Positions 16,101-25,072 of a stretch of 38,625 nucleotides of DNA are shown one piece after another (positions within the stretch are counted from its first letter, which is position 1; every line of letters starts with the position of its first letter). Origin of the DNA: a virus. A program made the position numbers and the translations under genes. Location: the UHGV virus genome UHGV-1545242; one strand, 5' to 3'. The notes under the pieces were generated by a model that saw only the letters and a list, made by a program, of their open reading frames with translations, was not told the origin of the DNA and did not search any database.

Positions 16101-17780
16101 ATGGCGGAAACAACTAAAGAGCGATTGAACAAACAGTTCGCACAACTTGAAAGCGAGCGTCAGTCGTTCGAGCCGCACTGGCGCGAGTTGAGTGATTACA
16201 TCAACCCGCGTGGTTCCCGCTTTCTGACTTCTGAGGTCAACCGTAACGATCGACGCAATACACGCATTATTGATTCGACCGGGACTATGGCAGCGCGCAC
16301 TCTCGCCAGCGGCATGATGTCAGGCATCACAAGCCCCGCGCGTCCGTGGTTTCGCCTGGCTACGCCAGATCCTGAAATGATGGATTATGGCCCTGTTAAG
16401 TTGTGGCTTGAGGCGGTGCAGAACCGCATGAACGATATGTTCAATAAGTCGAATCTCTACCAGTCTCTTCCGCAGTTATACGGAAGCCTCGGCACATACA
16501 GCACTGGTGCAATGGCGGTGCTGGAGGATGACGAGGACATCATTCGCACAATGCCATTCCCGATAGGCAGTTACTACCTGGCTAACTCACCTCGTGGCAG
16601 TGTGGACACCTGTTTTCGCAAGTTCTCTATGACTGTTCGTCAGCTTGTTCAGGAGTTCGGGCTAAATAACGTCAGCGAATCCGTAAAAAGCATGTGGGAA
16701 AGCGGCACCTACGAGAAGTGGATTGAAGTGATGCATTCGGTTTACCCGAACATTGACCGCGATACATCGAAGCTGGATAGCAAGAACAAGCCATTCAAAT
16801 CGGTTTATTACGAGGTTGGCGGTGATAACGACAAGTTGTTGCGTGAGTCCGGATTCGATGAGTTTCCAATTATGGCTCCGCGCTGGGAAGTTAACGGCGA
16901 AGATGTTTATGGATCATCATGCCCGGGTATGCTGGCGCTTGGACCTGTTAAGGCATTGCAGCTTCTCCAGAAGCGCAAGTCGCAGTTGATTGATAAAGCC
17001 ACCAATCCGCCGATGGTTGCTCCGACTTCCCTCAAGAATCAGCGCGCCTCCCTTCTTCCTGGCGACATCACGTATATCGATCAGATTACTGGTCAGGATG
17101 GTTTCAGGCCTGCTTATCTGGTTAACCCCAGTACAGCAGATCTGGTAGCAGACATTCAGGACACTCGTCAAATCATTAACAGCGCCTACTTTGTCGATCT
17201 GTTCATGATGTTGCAGAACATCAATACCCGCTCGATGCCTGTTGAAGCGGTGATCGAAATGAAAGAAGAAAAACTTCTGATGTTGGGTCCGGTTCTGGAG
17301 CGTCTGAACGACGAATGTCTTAATCCTCTCATTGACCGCGCTTTCTCGATGATGGTGCGTAAAAACATGCTGCCGCCACCGCCAGACGTGATGGAAGGTA
17401 TGCCCCTGAAGGTCGAATACATTTCCGTCATGGCTCAGGCGCAGAAGTCTATCGGCCTGTCCAGTCTGGCGTCCACGGTTAACTTCATTGGTCAACTTGC
17501 GCAAGCGAAACCAGAAGCTCTCGACAAACTCAACGTTGATCAGGCGATCGATGCATTCGCTGATATGTCCGGAGTGTCTCCAACCGTCATTGTTCCGCAG
17601 GAACAGGTTGAGCAGGCTCGCCAGCAACGGGCACAGCAACAACAGCAGCAACAAATGATGGCGATGGGGATGGCGGCGGCACAGGGTGCCAAGACGCTAA
17701 GCGAAGCTAAAACTTCGGATCCGAGTGTTTTGTCAGCTATGGCGAATGCAGTTAGTGGTCAGGGTGGGCAATCACAATGA
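16101..17780 (+). CDS. Portal protein, T7-like head-to-tail connector family
   Basis: 559 aa; position after terminase; poly-Gln C-terminal tail; overall resemblance to podovirus connector proteins. Confidence 0.85.
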   Translation: MAETTKERLNKQFAQLESERQSFEPHWRELSDYINPRGSRFLTSEVNRNDRRNTRIIDSTGTMAARTLASGMMSGITSPARPWFRLATPDPEMMDYGPVKLWLEAVQNRMNDMFNKSNLYQSLPQLYGSLGTYSTGAMAVLEDDEDIIRTMPFPIGSYYLANSPRGSVDTCFRKFSMTVRQLVQEFGLNNVSESVKSMWESGTYEKWIEVMHSVYPNIDRDTSKLDSKNKPFKSVYYEVGGDNDKLLRESGFDEFPIMAPRWEVNGEDVYGSSCPGMLALGPVKALQLLQKRKSQLIDKATNPPMVAPTSLKNQRASLLPGDITYIDQITGQDGFRPAYLVNPSTADLVADIQDTRQIINSAYFVDLFMMLQNINTRSMPVEAVIEMKEEKLLMLGPVLERLNDECLNPLIDRAFSMMVRKNMLPPPPDVMEGMPLKVEYISVMAQAQKSIGLSSLASTVNFIGQLAQAKPEALDKLNVDQAIDAFADMSGVSPTVIVPQEQVEQARQQRAQQQQQQQMMAMGMAAAQGAKTLSEAKTSDPSVLSAMANAVSGQGGQSQ

Positions 17781-18073
17781 CAGATTACGAAGACGATCAA
17801 CTGAAAGAAGAAAACGCCCGTAAGCAACGTGACATGGCGCAGCGTGAAATTGATGACATTCGCTTTGTCATGAGCAGTGAACAGGGGCGTCGCGTTGTCT
17901 GGTCGGTGCTGGAGAAAGGCCGTGTGTTTTCCGCTATCTCACCGATGGACGCTATGGCAATGGCATTTAATGAGGGGCAACGCAATCTGGCGCTGGAACT
18001 GTTTCAGCGCGTTATGGCGCATTGCCCTGAACAGTATTTGAAGATGGCCAAAGAGGCCAGTGAACAGGAGTGA
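17777..18073 (+). CDS. Hypothetical head-assembly protein
   Basis: 98-aa ORF translationally coupled to portal. Confidence 0.5.
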   Translation: MTDYEDDQLKEENARKQRDMAQREIDDIRFVMSSEQGRRVVWSVLEKGRVFSAISPMDAMAMAFNEGQRNLALELFQRVMAHCPEQYLKMAKEASEQE

Positions 18074-18075
18074 TC

Positions 18076-18771
18076 ATGAATTTATTTGAGCGTTTGCTGT
18101 ATCGCCGTCTTTGCAATGAGCAACCAGTCGATGGTGGAGCAGCTCCGGCTGCGTCAGAACCGTCAGCGCCTGCAGGTGATAACCCTGCTCCAGTTGGTGA
18201 TCCATCACAACCGGAAGGTGATAAGCCACAACCTGTTGCTGATGGCGATAAACCTGCTGATGACAAAAAGCCTGAAAACGATAAGCAGGGTGAAAAAAAG
18301 GACGGCGATAAACCAGAGGGTGCGCCTGAGAAGTACGAGTTTCAGGCTGCCGAAGGCGTAGAGCTGGATACAGAAGCGTTGAAGGAATTCGAGCCGGTGG
18401 CGCGAGAACTTAACCTGACCAACGAGCAAGCGCAAAAGCTGGTTGATGCTTATCCGAAGATTCTGGCAGGTGTTCAGCAGCGCCAGGCAGAAGCCTGGCA
18501 GAAAACAACCGAGCAGTGGGCTGCGGATGTAAAAGCTGACAAAGAAATCGGTGGCGACAAGTTGATTTCTAACCTTAGCGCCGCACAGCGTGCGCTTGAC
18601 CAGTTCGGGACACCTGAACTCAAAGAATATCTGAACACCACCGGGCTGGGTAATCACCCTGATCTGGTCAAAACGTTCGTGAAAATCGGAAAGGCGATGT
18701 CTGAAGATGGCATGGTCACCGGTGGTAATGAAGGCCAGCGTAGTGCGGCCGAAGTGCTCTATGGAAAATAA
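18076..18771 (+). CDS. Scaffolding protein (probable)
   Basis: Acidic, Pro/Ala/Asp/Lys-rich low-complexity N-half, located between portal and major capsid. Confidence 0.6.
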   Translation: MNLFERLLYRRLCNEQPVDGGAAPAASEPSAPAGDNPAPVGDPSQPEGDKPQPVADGDKPADDKKPENDKQGEKKDGDKPEGAPEKYEFQAAEGVELDTEALKEFEPVARELNLTNEQAQKLVDAYPKILAGVQQRQAEAWQKTTEQWAADVKADKEIGGDKLISNLSAAQRALDQFGTPELKEYLNTTGLGNHPDLVKTFVKIGKAMSEDGMVTGGNEGQRSAAEVLYGK

Positions 18772-18779
18772 GAGAGGAA

Positions 18780-19772
18780 ATGACAATGGCTGTTAAAGGC
18801 TTAACTGCGCTAACGCTGGCTGACTGGGGTAAGCGCGTCGATCCAAACGGGAAAGTCGATAAGATTATCGAGCTTCTCAGTCAAACTAACCCAATCCTTC
18901 AGGATATGCCTTTTGTTGAAGGAAACCTTCCTACCGGACACCGAACCACCATTCGTTCTGGTTTGCCTTCCGCTACTTGGCGTTTGCTGAACTATGGCGT
19001 ACAACCGAGCAAATCAACAACGGTGCAGGTCACTGATTCCATTGGCATGCTGGAAACCTATGCTGAAGTCGATAAGTCTCTGGCTGATCTGAACGGTAAT
19101 ACTGCCGAATTCCGCCTGTCTGAAGACCGAGCATTTATTGAAGCGATGAATCAGGCGATGGCGCAGACGCTGTTTTACGGTGATTCCAGCGTTAACCCTC
19201 AGCAGTTTATGGGACTGTCCTCCCGCTATTCCAGCCTGTCTGCGGGTAATGCTCAGAACATCATTGATGCTGGTGGCACGGGTACAGATAACACTTCAAT
19301 CTGGTTAGTGGTGTGGGGCGAAAACACCGTGCATGGCATCTTCCCGAAAGGGCAGAAGGCTGGCATCCAGATGGAAGATAAAGGCCAGGTGACACTGGAA
19401 GATGCTAATGGCGGCAAGTACGAAGGTTATCGTACCCATTATAAGTGGGACAACGGGCTGACATTGCGTGACTGGCGCTATGTTGTTCGCATTGCAAACA
19501 TCGATGTCAGCAATCTTGACGCTCCTTCTACTGCTGCGAATATCGCAAAACTGATGATTCGTGCCCTTCATCGAATCCCAAATCGTGGGATGGGACGTCC
19601 TATTTTCTACATGAACAGAACCATTAACGAAGTGCTTGACCTGCAATCTCTGGAGAAGAGTTCTCTGGCGATCAGCGTGAAAGAGACAGAAGGCGAATGG
19701 TGGACAGAAATTCGTGGTGTGCCGATTCGCGAAACTGACGCACTTCTGGAAACAGAAGCCCGCGTGGTGTAA
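18780..19772 (+). CDS. Major capsid protein
   Basis: 330-aa ORF after scaffold, strong SD (AGAGGAAATGACAATG), followed by terminator at 20624. Confidence 0.8.
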   Translation: MTMAVKGLTALTLADWGKRVDPNGKVDKIIELLSQTNPILQDMPFVEGNLPTGHRTTIRSGLPSATWRLLNYGVQPSKSTTVQVTDSIGMLETYAEVDKSLADLNGNTAEFRLSEDRAFIEAMNQAMAQTLFYGDSSVNPQQFMGLSSRYSSLSAGNAQNIIDAGGTGTDNTSIWLVVWGENTVHGIFPKGQKAGIQMEDKGQVTLEDANGGKYEGYRTHYKWDNGLTLRDWRYVVRIANIDVSNLDAPSTAANIAKLMIRALHRIPNRGMGRPIFYMNRTINEVLDLQSLEKSSLAISVKETEGEWWTEIRGVPIRETDALLETEARVV

Positions 19773-19823
19773 CGCCTGTTATTAACCTGTGGGCCGCAAC
19801 AGGCCCACTAATGGAGAAAGAAG

Positions 19824-20261
19824 ATGATCACCGACAAACTGTTGATGTTCTCCGAAGCTCAGGCGGTTACGAATACCGCGGCTTCTACTGACGTAATCGA
19901 TCTCGGTCCAATTGATGGAAACCGTCGCGATATCGGCGTGGGTTATCCGCTTGAGTTTTGGGGGCTGGTTAACGAAGCCGCCACGGCAAGTGGTGAGGCA
20001 ACTGTAAACATCCAGTTGCAGACGAGTGAGAATAACAGCTCATGGTCCACTATTTATGATAGTGGCGCACTGGCAAAGGCCACCCTGACAGCAGGTAAGC
20101 GAGTTGTTTCTGCAAAGGTGCCAGCCGGTGTTCAGCGATATCTGCGTGTTAACTACTCCGTCGCAACTGGCCCACTAACGGCTGGCAAATTCACTGCGGG
20201 TATCAATCTTGATGTTGATGCCAATACGCCGTATCCGATCCGCTCAAAAGTAACTGGTTAA
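19824..20261 (+). CDS. Virion structural protein (possible capsid decoration)
   Basis: 145-aa ORF immediately after capsid gene. Confidence 0.5.
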   Translation: MITDKLLMFSEAQAVTNTAASTDVIDLGPIDGNRRDIGVGYPLEFWGLVNEAATASGEATVNIQLQTSENNSSWSTIYDSGALAKATLTAGKRVVSAKVPAGVQRYLRVNYSVATGPLTAGKFTAGINLDVDANTPYPIRSKVTG

Positions 20262-20262
20262 G

Positions 20263-20607
20263 GTGATATTGATGTCAGGTGAGAAACCAAGATACCGCGT
20301 TCTGCGCCTCTCTCATATCCATAACACTCTGTGGCCGGAGGGGGCAGAAATCGAATACGAAGGTGAGCCTGGTAGCGCACTGGAACCTGTTAACGATGCA
20401 GCCAGACAGGCAAAAGCAAAAGTTGCAGGAAAGGTGTCAATGGCAGCAACCAGCACCAAAATCATCAACGATGTGTCAGATGATGGTGAACTGGATAAGC
20501 TCCGTGAAGAGTACGAATTGCTCTTTAACGAGAAGCCACACCATAACGCCAAAGCCGAAACGCTCCGCGAGAAGATCGCAGATAAGCGTAAAGAACTGGG
20601 CGTGTAA
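20263..20607 (+). CDS. Hypothetical structural-module protein
   Basis: 114-aa ORF, charged C-terminus. Confidence 0.5.
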   Translation: MILMSGEKPRYRVLRLSHIHNTLWPEGAEIEYEGEPGSALEPVNDAARQAKAKVAGKVSMAATSTKIINDVSDDGELDKLREEYELLFNEKPHHNAKAETLREKIADKRKELGV

Positions 20608-20623
20608 GCCTCGCGGATCAGAC

Positions 20624-20646
20624 AAGGGGCTTCGGCCCCTTTATTG
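20624..20646 (+). terminator. Rho-independent terminator after capsid module
   Basis: AAGGGGC-ttcg-GCCCCTT followed by TATT. Confidence 0.65.
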
Positions 20647-20657
20647 CAGGAGTGTAT

Positions 20658-20981
20658 ATGGAACTCGTAAACCTCAAAACCGGCACTGACAGCTACCAGG
20701 ATGAGAGCGGAGAAACCAGAACTCGCGATGAATACCCGTGGGGGCTGTGCATCACGCTGAATAACGACACATTGAATAAGCTGAAGGCGCAACCTAAGGG
20801 CGTCGGAACGGAAGTGATGATAACTGCAAAGGCTGTTATTCGAGGCCTGTCTGCCAGAGAAACTGACGATGGCGTTAATCGCAGCGCCGATCTGCAGATC
20901 ACTGATATGGCGATCGCTCCTGTTTCCGGGGATGTAGAAAAATCAGCGGCTGAAACTCTGTACGGTAACGGAGGTGAGTGA
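20658..20981 (+). CDS. Hypothetical virion protein
   Basis: AGGAG SD then ATG at 20658. Confidence 0.5.
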   Translation: MELVNLKTGTDSYQDESGETRTRDEYPWGLCITLNNDTLNKLKAQPKGVGTEVMITAKAVIRGLSARETDDGVNRSADLQITDMAIAPVSGDVEKSAAETLYGNGGE

Positions 20982-21586
20982 TGGCCTCTGTAGTAGAGAT
21001 CTGTAATCGTGCGCTGTCCAATATTGGCAACAGCCGCAGCATTAACAGCCTGACGGAAGCCAGCAAGGAAGCGGGGGAATGTTCGCTGCACTTTGAGGCC
21101 TGCCGTGATACTGTGCTTTCTGATTTTGACTGGAACTTTGCTACCAAACGCGTGGCGCTTGCAGATACGAGCAATCCACCGCCTGACTGGGAATATGCGT
21201 ACCAGTACCCGTCAGATTGTCTGCGCATTACTGAAATTATGCTTCCTGGTGTACGCAATCCAACAGCAGCAATGCGCGTTCAGTACGAAGTTGGTGCAGA
21301 CACCAACGGAACAGGAAAGTTGATCTACACAGACCAGCCTCAGGCATGGCTCAAGTATGTCTCTCGCGTTACAGATGTGAACATGTTTGATGCCATTTTT
21401 ATGGAGGCGTTGGCCTGGCGTCTTGCGGCAGCTATTAACATGGCGCTGACTGGGAATGCAGACCTCGGTACGTTTGCCCTCAATATGTACAATCGCGTGA
21501 TTCTTAGTGCTGGCTCGCATAGCCAGAATGAATCACAGGAACCACAGCCACCGGTTGACGAGTTTACCATTGCGAGGTTGTCCTGA
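20978..21586 (+). CDS. Virion protein, possible head-tail adaptor
   Basis: 202-aa ORF coupled to the following large tail gene. Confidence 0.5.
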   Translation: MMASVVEICNRALSNIGNSRSINSLTEASKEAGECSLHFEACRDTVLSDFDWNFATKRVALADTSNPPPDWEYAYQYPSDCLRITEIMLPGVRNPTAAMRVQYEVGADTNGTGKLIYTDQPQAWLKYVSRVTDVNMFDAIFMEALAWRLAAAINMALTGNADLGTFALNMYNRVILSAGSHSQNESQEPQPPVDEFTIARLS

Positions 21587-24057
21587 TGGCTATCAGTTGG
21601 ATCCAGCCCAGCTTTGCTGGTGGTGAGATTGGACCGTCGTTGTACGGACGTATCGACATGGCGAAGTACCAGGTGGCATTGCGCAAGTGCGATAACTTTA
21701 TCGTGCGGCAGTATGGCGGCGTTGAGAATCGACCTGGTACGCGTTTTGTCGGTGCCGCCAAATATCCAAATCGGAAATGCCGCCTGATCCCGTTCCAGTT
21801 CTCGACGGTTCAGACTTATGCTCTGGAGTTCGGACACCAGTACATGCGCGTTATCAAAGATGGTGCGTTGGTGCTGAACAGCAGCAATGTTATTTATGAA
21901 ATTTCCACGCCATATACTGAAGCCGATCTGTTCCGAATTAAATTCACGCAAAGCGCAGACGTGCTTACGCTGGTTCATCCGGCATACCCGCCGAAAGAGT
22001 TGCGCCGCTATGCGCATGACAACTGGCAACTGGTTGATGTGGTAACGAAGAACGGGCCATTTGAAGATATCAATATTGACGAGTCAGTGACGGTTTATGC
22101 CAGCGCCAGCACCGGGACAATTACGCTAACGGCAAGCGCCTCTATTTTTGGCGCGGAGCAGGTAGGCAAATTGTTCTATCTGGAACAGCCTGCAGTGGAT
22201 TCTGTGCCGGTATGGGAAACCAGTAAGAGTACGTCGATTGGCGATATTCGCCGAGCAGACAGTAACTACTATCGCGCCGTTAAAGCAGGCAAAACAGGTA
22301 CTTTGCGCCCTTCGCATACAGAAGGCACATCATGGGATGGCTGGGGCGGATCCGGTGATGATGATACTGGCATTGAGTGGGAATATCTGCACAGTGGTTT
22401 TGGCATTGCCCGTATCACTGCTGCAAATGGAACTACTGCAACTGCCGAGGTGATTTCCTATATCCCTTCGCAGGTAGTTGGCGAGGATAATGCCAGCTAT
22501 AAATGGGCTAAATATGCCTGGAACAGTGTTAATGGTTATCCTGGCACTGTTGTTTATTATCAACAACGTCTTTACTTCGCCGCATCGACTGCGTTTCCTC
22601 AGACTATCTGGGCCAGCCGTACCGGGGATTATAAGGATTTTGGCAAAAGCAATCCTACGCAGGATGACGACAGAATTATCTACACCTATGCCGGGCGTCA
22701 GGTTAATGAGATCCGTCACCTGATTGATGTTGGTTCGCTGGTGGCGCTGACTTCCGGAGGTGAGTACGTCATCACTGGCGACCAGAACAAAGTGCTTACC
22801 CCATCATCATTTGCATTCAGCTCTCAGGGATCAAATGGCTCGAGCAATGTCCCACCAATTGCCGTGGCGAATATTGCTCTGTTCGTCCAGGAGAAAGGCA
22901 GTGTTGTCCGTGATCTGGCCTACTCATTCGATGTTGACGGCTATCAGGGGAACGACCTGACCATCCTTGCCAATCATCTTTTTCAGAAGCACAGTATTGT
23001 TGACTGGTGCTTCTCTATTGTCCCTTACTCCAGCGCCTTCTGCATTCGTGATGACGGTAAATTACTGGTGATGACCTATTTGCGTGATCAGCAGGTTTTT
23101 GCATGGGCACCACAATCCAGTACCGGAAAATATGAAAGCACATGCAGTATCAGCGAAGGAAATGAAGATGCGGTGTATTTCGTCGTTAACCGAACCGTTA
23201 ACGGGCAAACAGTGAGATACATCGAGCGACTGTCCAGCCGTTTATTTACCAGCGATGAAGATGCTTTCTTTGTTGATTCTGGCCTTAGCTATGATGGAAG
23301 AAATACGTCTGACAGAACGATGACCATCACTGGTGGTTCTGGTGAATGGGATTACCGCGCGGAATATACAATCAGTATTTCTGGTGGTGCGTACTTCACC
23401 AGTAGTGATGTCGGTGCGCAACTACAATTCCCTTATACCGGAACTGATCCTGATACTGGCGATGAAGTGTCAAAAGAATTACGTTGCGACATTATTTCTG
23501 TAACCAGCAATACCGCTGTAGTGGTTCGTCCTAACAGGAACGTCCCATCATCCCTCAGGAATGTGGCCACCACGAACTGGCAGATGGCGCGCCGGACATT
23601 TGGAGGCCTGTCTCATCTTGAAGGCCAGACCGTAAACATTCTCTCTGATGCGAACGTGGAACCACAGAAAGTTGTTTCCGGAGGTGCCGTCACGCTGGAA
23701 TCTCCGGGGGCTGTAGTGCACATCGGCCTGCCAATAACTGCTGAATTCGAAACACTGGATATCAACATTAGCGGACAGGAAACGCTGCTGGACAAAAAAC
23801 AGGTGATCCCGTCCGTTACTCTGGTTGTGAATGCCAGTCGCGGCATCTGGGCGACTACGCCCGGCGGTAAATGGTACGAATATCCACAGCGTGAATTCGA
23901 GTTCTACGATGATCCTGTTGATGATGCTACCGGAAAAGTAGAAGTGAAACTGGACAGTAACTGGGGCAAAAACGGACGTGTAAAAATCCGTCAGCTTGAC
24001 CCGTTGCCGCTGTCTGTTCTTGCCGTTATTCCTCGCCTTACTGTTGGGGGATTCTGA
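21586..24057 (+). CDS. Large tail protein, probable tail tube/nozzle (T7 gp12-like position)
   Basis: 823 aa, beta-rich composition, located after adaptor-like gene. Confidence 0.55.
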   Translation: MAISWIQPSFAGGEIGPSLYGRIDMAKYQVALRKCDNFIVRQYGGVENRPGTRFVGAAKYPNRKCRLIPFQFSTVQTYALEFGHQYMRVIKDGALVLNSSNVIYEISTPYTEADLFRIKFTQSADVLTLVHPAYPPKELRRYAHDNWQLVDVVTKNGPFEDINIDESVTVYASASTGTITLTASASIFGAEQVGKLFYLEQPAVDSVPVWETSKSTSIGDIRRADSNYYRAVKAGKTGTLRPSHTEGTSWDGWGGSGDDDTGIEWEYLHSGFGIARITAANGTTATAEVISYIPSQVVGEDNASYKWAKYAWNSVNGYPGTVVYYQQRLYFAASTAFPQTIWASRTGDYKDFGKSNPTQDDDRIIYTYAGRQVNEIRHLIDVGSLVALTSGGEYVITGDQNKVLTPSSFAFSSQGSNGSSNVPPIAVANIALFVQEKGSVVRDLAYSFDVDGYQGNDLTILANHLFQKHSIVDWCFSIVPYSSAFCIRDDGKLLVMTYLRDQQVFAWAPQSSTGKYESTCSISEGNEDAVYFVVNRTVNGQTVRYIERLSSRLFTSDEDAFFVDSGLSYDGRNTSDRTMTITGGSGEWDYRAEYTISISGGAYFTSSDVGAQLQFPYTGTDPDTGDEVSKELRCDIISVTSNTAVVVRPNRNVPSSLRNVATTNWQMARRTFGGLSHLEGQTVNILSDANVEPQKVVSGGAVTLESPGAVVHIGLPITAEFETLDINISGQETLLDKKQVIPSVTLVVNASRGIWATTPGGKWYEYPQREFEFYDDPVDDATGKVEVKLDSNWGKNGRVKIRQLDPLPLSVLAVIPRLTVGGF

Positions 24058-24521
24058 TGATCGATGTTCAAATTATTCCCGCTACCGAAGAGCATCTTCA
24101 GATGATTTTGCCGGATGTTCGTCAGGCTGATATTGACGAACTGTATGCGGTATCGCTGATGACTACCGAAGATGCGCTGCGTGTTGGTCTTCGCACTGCG
24201 ACTATGGCCTGGTCAGGATTTGCGAACGGAGAACTGGTAACCATGTTTGGCGTATCTCCGGCGTCAATGATCGGTGGCAATGGTACGCCCTGGCTGGTAG
24301 GAACCAGCCGTATTGAAAAATATCAGAAGACATTTCTTCGCCACTGCCGCCCTGTATTGCAGCAGATGCTGGCAGTTTATCCGCGCCTGGAAAACTACGT
24401 CGACGAGCGAAACCATGTTGCCAAAGCATGGCTGCACTGGCTTGGATTCAGGCTTGAAGAAGCCGCGCCTTATGGTGCTCTTGGTCTTAATTTCCACAGA
24501 TTTCACATGGAGAGAAAATAA
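24057..24521 (+). CDS. Virion-associated protein
   Basis: 154-aa ORF translationally coupled in tail/ejection module. Confidence 0.5.
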   Translation: MIDVQIIPATEEHLQMILPDVRQADIDELYAVSLMTTEDALRVGLRTATMAWSGFANGELVTMFGVSPASMIGGNGTPWLVGTSRIEKYQKTFLRHCRPVLQQMLAVYPRLENYVDERNHVAKAWLHWLGFRLEEAAPYGALGLNFHRFHMERK

Positions 24522-25060
24522 TGTGTAACCCAGCCATCGCTTTGGTTGCCGTCACAGTGGCATCCACAGCCGCGTCAATGTACAGCCAGAGCAAGCAGGC
24601 AAAATACCAGTCAGCCATAGCTGATCGGAATGCTGAAATTGCTGAAGCTCAGGCACAGGATTCAATCAATCGTGGGAATATTGAAGCGGATCAGCGTCGT
24701 CGTGAAATGCGTCAACGCTCAGGCACTGCGGCGGCCACTATGGGGGCTACCGGTGCGGAATTAAGTAGCGGAACAGCTCTTGACGTTTTTGCGGATAATG
24801 CTCAGTTCGGCACTCTTGATGCGTTAACGACAGTGAATAATGCTCAGCGTGAGGCATATGGGTATCAGGTTCAGGGAATGAATGCTCAGGCACAGGGGGC
24901 TGCTGCTCAGTCGGCTGCTAAATCATCGATGACCAGCACTTTGTTAACGGCACCACTAAAAGCATACGGTGCATACCAGATGGGCGGCGGAACGTGGAGC
25001 CCGTTCTCTCAGAAGGCTGCGCCGATTTCTGCTGCTGTTGGCACTCCAACCGGTCGATAA
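24521..25060 (+). CDS. Internal virion/ejection protein (small, N-terminal hydrophobic segment)
   Basis: N-terminal PAIALVAVTVASTAASM hydrophobic stretch; Ala/Gln-rich. Confidence 0.5.
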   Translation: MCNPAIALVAVTVASTAASMYSQSKQAKYQSAIADRNAEIAEAQAQDSINRGNIEADQRRREMRQRSGTAAATMGATGAELSSGTALDVFADNAQFGTLDALTTVNNAQREAYGYQVQGMNAQAQGAAAQSAAKSSMTSTLLTAPLKAYGAYQMGGGTWSPFSQKAAPISAAVGTPTGR

Positions 25061-25072
25061 GGGGATAATAAG

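Noticed and set aside
16917-17654. 245-aa minus-strand ORF antisense to the portal gene
   Set aside because: Wholly inside the well-supported portal CDS; poly-Leu/His low-complexity translation typical of an antisense frame; no SD.
21340-22029. 229-aa minus-strand ORF antisense to the adaptor-like and tail-tube genes
   Set aside because: Embedded in strongly supported plus-strand structural genes; no independent start signals.
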